DNA of 64,000 nucleotides, taken from NCBI GenBank assembly GCA_963734535.1, contig CAVTHS010000004.1:32001-96000 (forward strand), read 5' to 3'. The notes beneath the pieces were generated by a model. That model ran no database searches, was not told the DNA's origin, and was given only the letters and a program-made list of their open reading frames with translations. Below are positions 27,863 to 37,997 of the stretch, one piece after another. A program made the position numbers and the translations under genes. The stretch comes from an uncultured Chloroflexia bacterium. Lineage in GTDB: Bacteria; Chloroflexota; Limnocylindria; Limnocylindrales; CSP1-4. Each line of letters starts with the position of its first letter. The first letter of the stretch is position 1.

Positions 27863-30800
27863 CTACCGGACGGTCACGCTCAGCGTCGAGCTGTTCACGT
27901 GACGCAGGGCGTCGCGGGCAGCCAGGACGATCGTTGCCGGGCCCGGCGCGCTGGCGGCGACGGTGGCGCTCGCGCGGAACGAGCCGTCTGCCAGCTTCAC
28001 GACCGCCATCGCCGCGGGGGCGATGCCGGCCTGCCGGAGCGTCGCCTTCGGCAGGGCCGCGAGCGGCTCCGCCGAGCGGAACCGGACGGTCAGCGTGTCG
28101 CCCGCGGCGAGCGTCGTGGCCGAGAGCGTGCCGGTGAACGCATCGGCCACGATCGACCGGCGCAGCACGGTCGTGCCGTATGGACCGACCACGCTGAGCG
28201 CGGCGACGTAGGTCCCGCGCGGCGCCATCGCGCCGCCCGTGACCCGGCCGTCCCAGCGCCAGGTCCACGTCCCGGCAGCGCGGGCGGACCCGGTCATTGC
28301 GCGCCGGACAGTCGCGCCCGATGCGTCGAGGATCGCGAGCGTCACCTTGGCGGTTCGCGCCAGTCGGAACGAGAGCGTGCTCGTGGCGGCCAGGGAATCG
28401 CCGTCCTGCGGGAAGAACAGGCCCGGTGCGGTCCGCAGGAACCCGACCGTCCGGTCCACGAGGAGCGGTGCGCTGCTTGTCGCCCGGTTCCCCGACGCGT
28501 CCATCACGTCGAGGGTGAGCAGGTACCGTCCGTCGGGAGTGGCGCGGCCCGCCGCGTCGCGGCCGGTCCACGTGGCGGCCCCGGAGGTCCCGCTGAGCGC
28601 CCACGTCTTGATGACCGTCTTGCCGCGAAGGATCCGCAGCCAGCCGGTACCGGTCTCGCTCGCCGTCCAGGCCAGCCGGACGCTGTCCGCCGTCCCGTCC
28701 CCATCCGGGCTGAACGCGGGCGGCGTCGGCGTCAGGCTCAGCACGGGTGGCGTCGAGTCGACGACGACCGTCCAGGTCCGGGTCGCGGGGTTCCCGGCCG
28801 CGTCGAGAACCCCGAGCGTCAGACTGTACGAACCGTCCGCCACGACCGACCCGTCGTCCGCTCGGCCGTTCCAGGTCGCGGAGACGGTCGCGCCGGCACC
28901 TACCAGCGTCCTGACCGCCGGCCCGCCGGCGGCGGGAGCGACGACCAGCGACCAGCCGACGGCATCGGCGGAGCCGGTCCCGGTTGCGGTGACCGTCTCA
29001 TACCGGCCGTCGCCGTTCGGCGAGAGGCGCGTGCCGCTGATCGCCGGCCGGCCCAGCGTCGGCGGCGCGGTGTCGACGGTGATCCCGACCGCCGCTCGCA
29101 GGCCCGGCGTGACCGGGCTCGTGGCCGGCCACGTCACGTGGGACACCCGCGGCGGTGCCGACCAGCTGGAGGACGTAGCTTCCGTCGGGCACGCGCGCGC
29201 CGGCCAGCGTCCCGTCCCAGGTCGTCGCCTGCGCGCCTCCCGCCCGGTTGGCGGACAGGGGCAGCGAGCCAACGGGGCTCCCGTCCGGGCCGAAGACCCG
29301 GAGAGCCAGGCTGTCGAGCGTGCGCCCGTTCGTCCAGGCGATCGCGAGACGGTCCTTCGAGCCATCGCCGTTCGGGGAGAACGACCGGGCCGCGACCGCC
29401 GCAGGCCCCGCCCCGGTGCTCGCCGCGGGGCTCGGCGCCGACCCGAAGCGCATGCCGGCAAGGGTCGCCGCGACCGTCGTGCTGTTCGGGGCGGGGATTG
29501 CCACCATGTTCGAGGAGCCGTTGCCGCTTGCCGCGATCCAGGCGTTGGTGCGGACATACCCCGCCGGCTGCCACGCGGTGATCGGGCCGTTCACCTGGTA
29601 CCACGTGTACCCGTCGACGCTCGACGGGCCGCCGGTGATGGCGAAGACGTCGCCGCGTGCCGCCGAGCCGAGCCTGCGTCGCGGAGGTGCCCGGCGCGGA
29701 CCGGACGTTGAGCTGGGACGCGGTGACCCGGCCGAAGCCGCCGGCCGCGAGCACCGGGGCCGCCGCGTAGACACTCGTGACGTTCCAGCCGGAGAGGTTC
29801 CCCACGCCGTCGCGCGCGCGGACCCGGAACGAGTAGGCGTGCCCGTCGGCACCCAGCCAGACGTCGGTCGTGGCCTGCGTGCCCGAGATCCAGGGGAGCC
29901 ACGGGCCGCCGTCGGTGGAGACCTGGAGGTCGTACGACGCCACGCCGTGCCAGTCGTCGATCCCCGTCCAGCTCACGCCGAACCCCTCGTCGCCCTGCAC
30001 GGCCGGCAGCATCACGATCCCGGCCAGCGGCGGCGTCGTGTCGGTCAGGAACTTGTCGGCAAGGGCCTTGTACAGCTCGGGACGGGTGCCGTCGTAGCCG
30101 AGCGCCCAGATCCCGACCCCGCGGATCCCGGACAGGTTGACCATGTCGTAGCGGGCGCGCAAGCGTCTGCGCGTCGTCGTAGTAGAGCTGGCGCCAGGTC
30201 GTGGTGCAGCCGGCCGAGGTGCAGCTCTGCTTCCGGTAGGCCACCCAGGCCGAGACCTCCCGGTCGTCGTACCGACGCCCGTGCTGCGCGGCGAGCGCCA
30301 CCGCGCTGTCGTAGGTGACCGCCGTGGAGTAGCCGGCTGTCGCGCCGCTCTGCGTTCGTGCGTTTCTCGCGTCGGAGACCGTCGACCAGGCCCTGCCGTA
30401 GTACGGGATGCCCAGGATGATCCGGTTCGCGGGGACCCGGGCCAGGTACGCCTGCACGGTCTCGGTGAGGTCGTAGGCAGGACCGTCGAGCGGGTCGACC
30501 GAACCGGCGTTGGCGGAGCCGGCCGTCCGGTAGTCGTAGCCCATGACGAAGACGGCATCCGCGGCGGCCGGCCCCAGCGCCTGCTCGAGGGGGTAGTTGG
30601 CCGGCTGCCCGAGCGTGTCGAACGAGATGTGGTAGCCGGGACCGATCGCCTCGAAGCTGGCCCGGATCGCCCGGACCAGGGCCACGAACTCGTCCTCGTA
30701 TCCCTGCACGAGCGGCTCGAAGTCGAGGTTGATCCCGTCGGCCCCGCGATCGCGAACCGCCGCCACGGCCTGCCGGGCCAGGTTCGCCCGCGCGGTCGCA

Positions 30801-31695
30801 CTGCCCAGCAGCGCCTCCTGGATCGCCGCCTGGTTGTCCGTCCAGGCGAACACCGAGAGCGTGAGCGTGACGCGAGTCTTCGCGGCGTGGGCCGCGTTGA
30901 TGACGTCGGTCATGCTCGCGCTCGTCCAGCCGGCCCAGCCGTCGGACAGCGATCCATCGCTGTTGCGCTTCAGGAGGTTCCCCGCGCCGTCGACGCCCAG
31001 CGAGAAGTAGGCAACGTGGGAGAGCACGCTGAAGTTGAGCCGCGTGGACGGATCGGAGACCTCCCAGTAGGGCAGGAACCCGTAGACGTCGCGGCGGAGA
31101 CCGGTCGAGGCCGGCGCGTCGGCCGCACGGGCCGCGGGAATGGCCAGGCTGGTCCCGCGCGCCGGGAGTCGGGATGGGATCGGGCATCCCGGTGCCGCGG
31201 GCGTTTCCGGAACCGGCCGTCGCCGGCGCCCGGGGAGTGGACGACGCGGCGGGCGCAGGGGCATCGGCCATCTGCGTGCCGCTGAGGCGGCCGGCCGGCA
31301 GCGCGTGCGGCGCCCGCCCGCCGACCGTGTCTCCGTCACCGGGGCGAGGCGCGAAGCCCACGCTCACCCGGCCGCCGGGGACGAATGGCGTCCGGTCCCC
31401 GGCATGCTCCTGGGCATCGAGGTACATCTCGCTCGGGCCCTGGCCGGGCGTCGTGACGTACGGGCTGAGGTCGGGCCCCGTCGGAGCCTCGTCGGGCGTC
31501 GCAAGCGCCGGGACCTGCGTCCGGCATCGCCGGGGCCGCGTCGGGCATCGCGATCGCGGGGGCGGGTGCCGGCGGCTCGCCGAACCGGGCGGCGGCCGCC
31601 GGCGGAAGGAGCGAGGCCAGCATCGCCATACCCACAACCACGGCGGCGCCACGGCGGCGCGACGGCGAGCGGGCGGGGCGGCGTGCACGGATCAC
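27863..31695 (-). CDS. Large secreted protein: GH18 hydrolase + Fn3-like + SH3b-like + four FlgD-Ig repeats + C-terminal domain (about 5 apparent frameshifts)
   Basis: Joined from six ORF-track frames: signal peptide; VYGFLPYW, DGINLDFE, VMGYDY, ILGIPYYG, GIWALG; LNVRSAPG..GYTWYQV; repeats beginning SPNGDG/SPDGDG/FPQDGD with W.G...DG.Y. Confidence 0.8.
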
Positions 31696-31811
31696 GAGCG
31701 GTCCTCGTCGGCACCGGCACGGCGATCGTGGCGGCGCGATGTGGCGCTGATGTCGACCGGAGGGAGGGCACCGCCCCAGGAGACGACCTTCACGTCGATG
31801 GCTCGGGTCAT
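31692..31811 (-). CDS. Possible 39-aa small protein upstream of the GH18 gene
   Basis: MTRAIDVKVVSWGGALPPVDISATSRRHDRRAGADEDRS*; its TGA overlaps the next GTG start (GTGA). Confidence 0.3.
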   Translation of the reverse strand: MTRAIDVKVVSWGGALPPVDISATSRRHDRRAGADEDRS

Positions 31812-31902
31812 GGTACGCCTCGCAGGACCCCGGACGACACCGACCCGAGGTCCTTCCACGAACGGGTGGGCCTGCGCCCCCCGGGCGCCCCTGCAGGGCG
31901 GC

Positions 31903-34211
31903 TCAGTGCAGCCGGTAGCCGATGCTCGCGCCGGCGGCCCGGCCGAACCGGTCCACGCCGGACACCCGGACGGTCACGGCGCCGGCAGGTCCGGCCGCGA
32001 ACCGGATCTTGACGCGATACGTGGCGGTTCCGACCTTCACCGTCCGGTAGGTGACGCGCGACCGGCCCGGCTGAGTGACCGAGATCGAGGGGTTGGCGCG
32101 AAGTGCCTCAACCGAGACGAGCGTGATCGTGACGGTCTGGCCCGCGGCCGGGGTCGTGTCGGACGCCAGGATCCGGATCCCGCCGCTGTAGACCCACGTC
32201 TGCTCGGTCGTGGTCGTCGTCCCGTCGGCGACGGTCACCTGCGAGAGGTATCGTCCGCTCGGCGCGAGCGCTCCCGTGTCGGTGCGGCCGTCCCAGCGCA
32301 CGGCGTGCGGGCCGGCGTCGAGCTGTGCCGCCGTGTACCACGTCCGCACGGGAAGTCCGGCCGCCGTGGTGACCTGCCAGGTGACGGTGGCCGGGCGCGA
32401 GAGCGCGACGGTGAGGGTCGAGACCCGCGGGTCCGTCCCGCGCGCCGCGGGCGCGATCCAGGCGGGCGCCGCGGCCACGCCGCTTCGGGTCGTGGCGATC
32501 ACGACCGGCGCGGTGACGCGAGGGCTGGCGCCGCCGGCCGCGTCGCTGGCGGTGACGTCGAGGACGTACTGGCCGTCCGGCACCGGCGACCCGGCGTCGG
32601 CGCGGCCGTCCCAGGTGATCGCGCCTGGTCCCGCCGCCGCGGCGAAGGCGATGGTGCGGACCGTCGTGCCGGCCGCGTCGCGGATCGTGGCCGCGACCGC
32701 TGCGCGCTCCGAGAGCGTGAACGCGAGGCCAGCGGAGTCGTTCATGCCGTCGCCGTTCGGCGTCACCAGGATCGGCGCGCCCGGGACACCGCTGGCCGTC
32801 AGCACTGGCGGGGTCGCGTCCAGGGTGAGCGCGGCCCGCGCCATCGCCGGCGGGCTGCCCCAGGCATCGCCCGCCGTGACGACCACGGTGTACGAGCCGT
32901 CCGGGGCAGGACGCCCCGTCTCATCGCGGCCGCCCCACGCGGCTGCTCAGGGTGGGACCGGAAGCGGCGAAGGTTGCGACGCTGGCGCCGGCGGAGCTGA
33001 CGATCGAGACCGACCAGTCGACGGCCTTGCTCGCGGTGGCGGAGATCGTCACGACCGCGCCCAGGGTCGGGTTGAACGCCGACGGGGCGACGGCCAGGTC
33101 GCGGATGGCGGGTGGCGTCCCGTCGCGCGGGCTCAGGCCTGCCGGACCCACGTAGCCCGCCCGCGCCCCGTCCACCGTGGCCACGCGGTAGGCGAGACCG
33201 CCGGTCGGCGCGGACACGGACGCGAGAAGGCGGAGGTGCGTGCCATCCGGAAGGAGCGCCGGGGCGGCGCCCGTCGCCGGGTCCGGTGCCAGGTTCGCGT
33301 CCGGGTAGATGCCGACGCCGCCGGCACCGGTCACCTCGGCCGCGCCCGGCACGACCAGCGCGACCGGGCTCGACGACGGGCCCGCGCGAACGGGCGCCCG
33401 TGACGTCGTCGGTACGGAGGGCGGGCAGCGCGACCATGGAACGGTAGAACCCGCTGGGCGGGGCGGCAACGTCGGGATCCGAGTAGGCCGTCAGCCCGGG
33501 CGTCCGGCTGCTCGCGAACGTGAAGGTGTTGCCGGCGGCCCATGGCTTCGTCCGGAAGAGCTGGTCCAGGGTCTGGTGCGTCGTGAAGAGCTGGTCCACG
33601 TACCACGCGGTGTCGGAATGCGCGTCGGCGATCACGGCGCGGGCGCCCGCCTGCAGGAAGCCGGCCGCGAAGTTGTCGATCCGCGCCTTCGCGACCGTCA
33701 GGCTCGGCGCGGTCTGGCCCGGCTCGGAGTTGCCCGACGCGTAGCAGAGGTGCGCAAGGATCACGACCGCACCAGGCGCCAGCCGCACCTCGCCGCCGAT
33801 GTAGGACTCACCGTAGTAGCGGTTGTTGCTGTCGCCCTGGCCGGCGGCGGCGTTGAGCCCGAGACCGTCCTGTCGATCGGGCCAGAGCGTCGAGAGGTAC
33901 GGGCTGGGATAGCCGTTCCCGTGGCCCATGTAGACGACGATGCTCGCGCCCTGCATCGCGGCCTTCACGGCCGACCACGTCGCGTTCGGGCTGTACACCT
34001 TCACCACGTTCGAGGAGTACTGCGTCGCGGTTGCGTAGACCGTGTCCATGTATGCCCGGTAGGAGGACGTCGTCGACTCGGTGGCACCGACGATCAGGAC
34101 GACCTTCGGGTCGGCAGAGGCGGCTTCCGCGGCCCGCACGCCGGGGGAGGGCGCGACGATGCCGGAGACGGCCAGCAGGCCGGCGATGAGGACGGGAACC
34201 AGTCGGCGCAC
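31903..34211 (-). CDS. Large secreted protein: caspase/CHAT-like N-terminal domain + SH3-like + FlgD-Ig repeats + C-terminal domain (about 2-3 apparent frameshifts)
   Basis: AGGAG RBS and GTG at 34211; signal peptide; VVYMGHG, VILAHLC, FLQAGARAVIA; TPNGDG and WDGR..PDGQY repeats; joined from ORFs 32799..34274, 32921..33469 and 31903..32886. Confidence 0.75.
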
Positions 34212-34460
34212 GAAGAGGCACTCCTGTCTCGTGGGAAGCAGGACTACCTTGGCCGTCGAGCGAGGCCGCCTCAATCGCCCGGTCGGCGCGACCGGCCCCC
34301 GACCATCGGGCTACCGCGGGCCACGAAACCAGGGCGAGCCGAGTGCGGGCCGGCTCGGTGCGGTGCGGTCTGCGGCACCGAGGTGCGCAGCGCACCCTCC
34401 GGCGCGCAGGGCGTGGCGTCGGGCGCGCGGCAGCGCGCCGGGTTCCGCGCGCTGGTGGCG

Positions 34461-35103
34461 TCACTCCGCGCGCGAGGCGCTCCACGAGCTGGGCCAGCGA
34501 CGGGTTCGAACGGTCTCGCCCGGACAGGATCGGGCGGCCATCCGCCTGGCCGGGAACGACGGGCCACGGGACGGCGGCGAGCGGATCGTCCCATCCGAAG
34601 CCGAGCTCGTCGGTGTCGTCGTATTCGGCGGTCACCAGGTAGACGAGCGCGAGCGCCTCGAGCGCGAGGAAGCCGTGGGCCACCCCGGCCGGGATGGTGA
34701 CCGTGGAGTCGGCCACCAGCTCGCGCGTCTCGACGATCGGCCGTGTGCCGCTGCCGTCGAGCAGCGGCCGCGCGTCGACGAGGGCGACCCAGGCGCGGCC
34801 GTCTGCCACGACCCAGTAGTCGAGCTGGCGTCGGTGCAGGTGGAGACCCCGGAGAACGCCCGCGGCCGATGTCGACAGGTTCGCCTGCATGAAGCGAGGC
34901 TCCGGCATCGCGGCTCCGGTCGGACCGCCACTCCCGGCGAGCGCCTCGATCGCGGTCGAATCCCCGATCCCGGCCGAGCCGGCGAACCAGCCTGCCCGCC
35001 ACAGCTCGCGGAAGCTCCCCCGCTCGTCCGCGTGGCGCGCGATCGAGCCCCAGCGGACGCCGCGGATCGCGGAGGCGGCACCGGTCCGGGTCGGGTCGCT
35101 CAT
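34461..35103 (-). CDS. rfbC: dTDP-4-dehydrorhamnose 3,5-epimerase (3' end approximate; probable indel just before the stop)
   Basis: DERGSFRE, QANLS.S..GVLRGLH, IPAGVAHGF, WDDP...WP, PILSGRD. The annotated frame otherwise runs ~400 nt into the next gene. Confidence 0.88.
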
Positions 35104-35110
35104 GGGCGGT

Positions 35111-36109
35111 TCACCGGCGGGCCGCCGCGGCGCGGTCACGCACGAGGATCGGCACGTAGTCGGCGAAGGCGGCCTGCCACGCGCGCAGGTGCTCGCCCGA
35201 TGGCGGCAGGGTCGGCTCCAGGACGGCCCACGCGGGCGGTGAGGAGGGCCGCGTCCACGACGACAGCGGGATCTCGACGATCGGGACGTCCACGCCGACG
35301 GCGGCGAGCACGTGGCGGGCCCAGCCCGCCCGCGAGACCGAGCCGCCGTTCACGATGTGGTGAATGCCCGCGAAGGTCCCGGCGGCCAGCAGGTCGAGGA
35401 TCGCCTCCGCGAGGTCGGGCGCGAACGTCGGCGAGCCGACCTCGTCACCCACGACCTTGAGCGTCTCGCGCGCCGCCCGCGCCCGGTCCGCGGCTGACAG
35501 GATGCGGGCCGGGAAGTCGTTGCCGGGCGGGCCGTACAGCCACGCCGTGCGGACGATCGCGAGCTGCGGGACGGCCGGTGGCGACGCCGTGCCCGGATCG
35601 GCGGCAGGCACTGCGCCCGTGCCCGCAGGCATGCCGGCGGACGAGCGATCGACCACGGCGCCGTGCCGCAGGAAGGCAGCCTGCGCCGCCGATTCGCCGG
35701 CGAGCTTGCTGGTACCGTACGAGTTGCGGGGTCTCGGCCGGTCCCCGGTGGCGTAGCCGCGGCCGTCGGTCCGGCGTCCGTCGAACACCTCGTTCGTCGA
35801 GACGATGACGAGGTCCGCGCCCCCCTGGACGCAGGCCTCCGCGAGCTCGGCGACGGCCATCGCGTTCCGGCGCATCGCGCGCTCGGGCTCACGCGCACAG
35901 CCGTCCACGTCCGTCCAGGCCGCGGTGTGCACCACGACCTCCGGCGCCGTCATCCGGACACAGCGGGCGGCCGCCTCCGGATCGTCGATGTCGTAGGTGG
36001 GGCGGCTCCAGGCGAGCGGCCCGAGCGGACCCGTGAACGGGGCGTCCTCGAGCGCCGCGATGAGCGCCCGGCCAAGCCGTCCCCCGGCGCCCGTGACCGC
36101 GACGCGCAT
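35111..36109 (-). CDS. rfbD: dTDP-4-dehydrorhamnose reductase
   Basis: MRVAVTGAGGRLG, AAWTDVDGC, STNEVFDG, YGTSK, RTAWLYG, GSPT. Confidence 0.92.
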   Translation of the reverse strand: MRVAVTGAGGRLGRALIAALEDAPFTGPLGPLAWSRPTYDIDDPEAAARCVRMTAPEVVVHTAAWTDVDGCAREPERAMRRNAMAVAELAEACVQGGADLVIVSTNEVFDGRRTDGRGYATGDRPRPRNSYGTSKLAGESAAQAAFLRHGAVVDRSSAGMPAGTGAVPAADPGTASPPAVPQLAIVRTAWLYGPPGNDFPARILSAADRARAARETLKVVGDEVGSPTFAPDLAEAILDLLAAGTFAGIHHIVNGGSVSRAGWARHVLAAVGVDVPIVEIPLSSWTRPSSPPAWAVLEPTLPPSGEHLRAWQAAFADYVPILVRDRAAAARR

Positions 36110-37239
36110 CAGCCCCCCGCCCCCTCCGCGGACGCGGAACCGCCCACCGTGGCGCCAGCCGCGGGCCCCGCGTTCGCGATCCGATCGGCGTACTGGCGCT
36201 CGTAGTACGCGTCCCACTCCCCGGACCGTGCCGCGCGCCACCATGCCTCGTTCGCCCGGAACCAGTCGATCGTGGCCGCCAGGCCGTCGGCGAAGGCGAC
36301 CCGGTTCGTCCAGCCGAGCGCGGCCAGCTTGGCGCCGTTCATCGCGTAGCGCCGGTCGTGTCCCGGCCGGTCCTCCACGGAGCGCACGAGCGACCACGGC
36401 TTCCCGAGATGCGCCAGGAGGAGCGCCACGACGTCGCGGTTCGGGACGAGGTGGGAGCCGGGCACGTTGTAGATCTCGCCCGCCGTGCCATGGCGCAGGA
36501 CGTGGTCGATCGCCCCGGCATGGTCGGCCACGAACAGCCAGTCGCGAACCTGCAACCCGTCGCCGTACAGCGGAAGCGGCCGGTCGTCGATCGCGTTCGT
36601 GACGAAGAGCGGGATCAGCTTCTCGGGATGGTGGTACGGCCCGTACGTGTTCGAGCCACGGGTGATGACGACGTCCAGCCCGTACGTGACGTGGTAGCTC
36701 CAGGCGAGGAGCTCACCGGCGGCCTTTGCCGCCGCGTACGGCGAGCGCGGCCCGAGCGGATCGCCTTCGCGCGAGAAGCCGACCGCAACGGACCCGTAGA
36801 CCTCGTCCGTGGAGACCTGGACCATCCGCGGCGCGCGTGGACGCTGGCCCGCCGCGGCCCGCTCGGATTCCCGGCGCATGGCCTCGAGCAGCACGTGGAC
36901 CCCGTCCACGCCGGTCCGCAGGAACGCGGACGGGTCCAGGATGGAACGGTCGACGTGGGACTCGGCGGCGAAGTTGAGGACGGCGTCCGCGTCGGCCAGG
37001 AGCGGTCCGACGACCTCGGGATCGGCGATGTCGCCGCGCACGAACGTGAATCGTGCGGCCTGCTCCGGGTCTGCCTCCACCGGGGCGAGGTTCGCGCGGT
37101 TGCCCGCATATGTCAGCTTGTCGAGCACCGTGATGTGTGTGCCGTCGTGCCGGGCCAGGACGTCGCGGACGTAGCAGCTGCCGATGAAGCCGGCGCCCCC
37201 GGCCACGAGGAGACGCGCGCCCGGGCCGAGGGCGCTCAC
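36109..37239 (-). CDS. rfbB: dTDP-glucose 4,6-dehydratase
   Basis: GGAGFIGS, DKLTYAGN, FAAESHVDRSI, VSTDEVYG, PEKLIP, DRPGHDRRY. Confidence 0.96.
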   Translation of the reverse strand: MSALGPGARLLVAGGAGFIGSCYVRDVLARHDGTHITVLDKLTYAGNRANLAPVEADPEQAARFTFVRGDIADPEVVGPLLADADAVLNFAAESHVDRSILDPSAFLRTGVDGVHVLLEAMRRESERAAAGQRPRAPRMVQVSTDEVYGSVAVGFSREGDPLGPRSPYAAAKAAGELLAWSYHVTYGLDVVITRGSNTYGPYHHPEKLIPLFVTNAIDDRPLPLYGDGLQVRDWLFVADHAGAIDHVLRHGTAGEIYNVPGSHLVPNRDVVALLLAHLGKPWSLVRSVEDRPGHDRRYAMNGAKLAALGWTNRVAFADGLAATIDWFRANEAWWRAARSGEWDAYYERQYADRIANAGPAAGATVGGSASAEGAGG

Positions 37240-37997
37240 GCGACCGGCCGCTGCGGCGGTGCGGCGAGCTCGCCGGCGTCGTCGGCCGCGGAGGCGAGCT
37301 CGGCGGCGCGGAGGAGCGACGAGACCGTCCCGGCGTCGGCCCAGTGCCCCTCGAACCGCGGCGCGAACAGGCCCCCGGCGCCGATGTAGTGGTTCAGGAC
37401 GTCGGTGATCTCGAGCTCGCCCCGCCCGGATGGCGCCAGGCGGTCGATGACGCCGAAGGCATCCGGGCGCAGGAAGTAGACGCCGATCGGGATCAGGTCG
37501 CTCTTCGGGTGTGCAGGCTTCTCCTCGAACCCGATGACGCTGCCGTCGGCGGCCAGCTCGGCGACCCCGAAGCGCTCCGGGTCCGGCACCTGGAAGAGGA
37601 GCGTCCCGGCACCCCACGACCCGGACTCGAACTCGCGGGCAACGGCCGTGAGCGCAGGGCCCCGCAGGATGTTGTCACCAAGGACGCAGCAGAAGGCGTC
37701 ATCGCCGACGAAGTCGCGGGCCAGCCCGATGGCGTGGGCGATGCCGAGCGCGCCACGCTGGTAGCGGTAGGTGAGGCGGAGCCCGAAATGCTCGCCGTCG
37801 CCGAGGAGCTCCACGACGTCGCCGACGCTCTTCCCGCCGACGATCACCATCACCTCCCGGATCCCCATCCCCGCCAGCGTCTCGAGCGGGTAGTAGATCA
37901 TCGGGCGATCGTAGATCGGCAGGAGGTGCTTGTTCGTCACGATGGTGAGCGGGAAGAGCCGGGTCGCCGTGCCGCCCGCCAGGATCACGCCCTTCAT
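37236..37997 (-). CDS. rfbA: Glucose-1-phosphate thymidylyltransferase (short form)
   Basis: GVILAGG.ATRLFPLT..NKHLLPIYDRPMI, EEKP, SGRGELEITD, WADAGT. Confidence 0.93.
   Translation of the reverse strand: MKGVILAGGTATRLFPLTIVTNKHLLPIYDRPMIYYPLETLAGMGIREVMVIVGGKSVGDVVELLGDGEHFGLRLTYRYQRGALGIAHAIGLARDFVGDDAFCCVLGDNILRGPALTAVAREFESGSWGAGTLLFQVPDPERFGVAELAADGSVIGFEEKPAHPKSDLIPIGVYFLRPDAFGVIDRLAPSGRGELEITDVLNHYIGAGGLFAPRFEGHWADAGTVSSLLRAAELASAADDAGELAAPPQRPVA

Noticed and set aside
27863-34211. Programmed frameshifting or phase variation in the surface-protein genes
   Set aside because: No slippery heptamers or long homopolymer/SSR tracts seen at the shift sites; similar shifts hit housekeeping-type genes, so assembly error is simpler.
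34290-34320. GGGCTACCG as the 3' end of a c-di-GMP-I riboswitch
   Set aside because: On the wrong strand for the downstream gene and lacking the GGCAAACC/GACGCAAAGC elements.
33808-35139. 443-aa RmlC fusion, and the 364-aa RadC ORF overlapping mreB (39981..41075)
   Set aside because: The extensions are low-complexity and overlap downstream genes; an out-of-frame TGA lies right after each conserved domain end.
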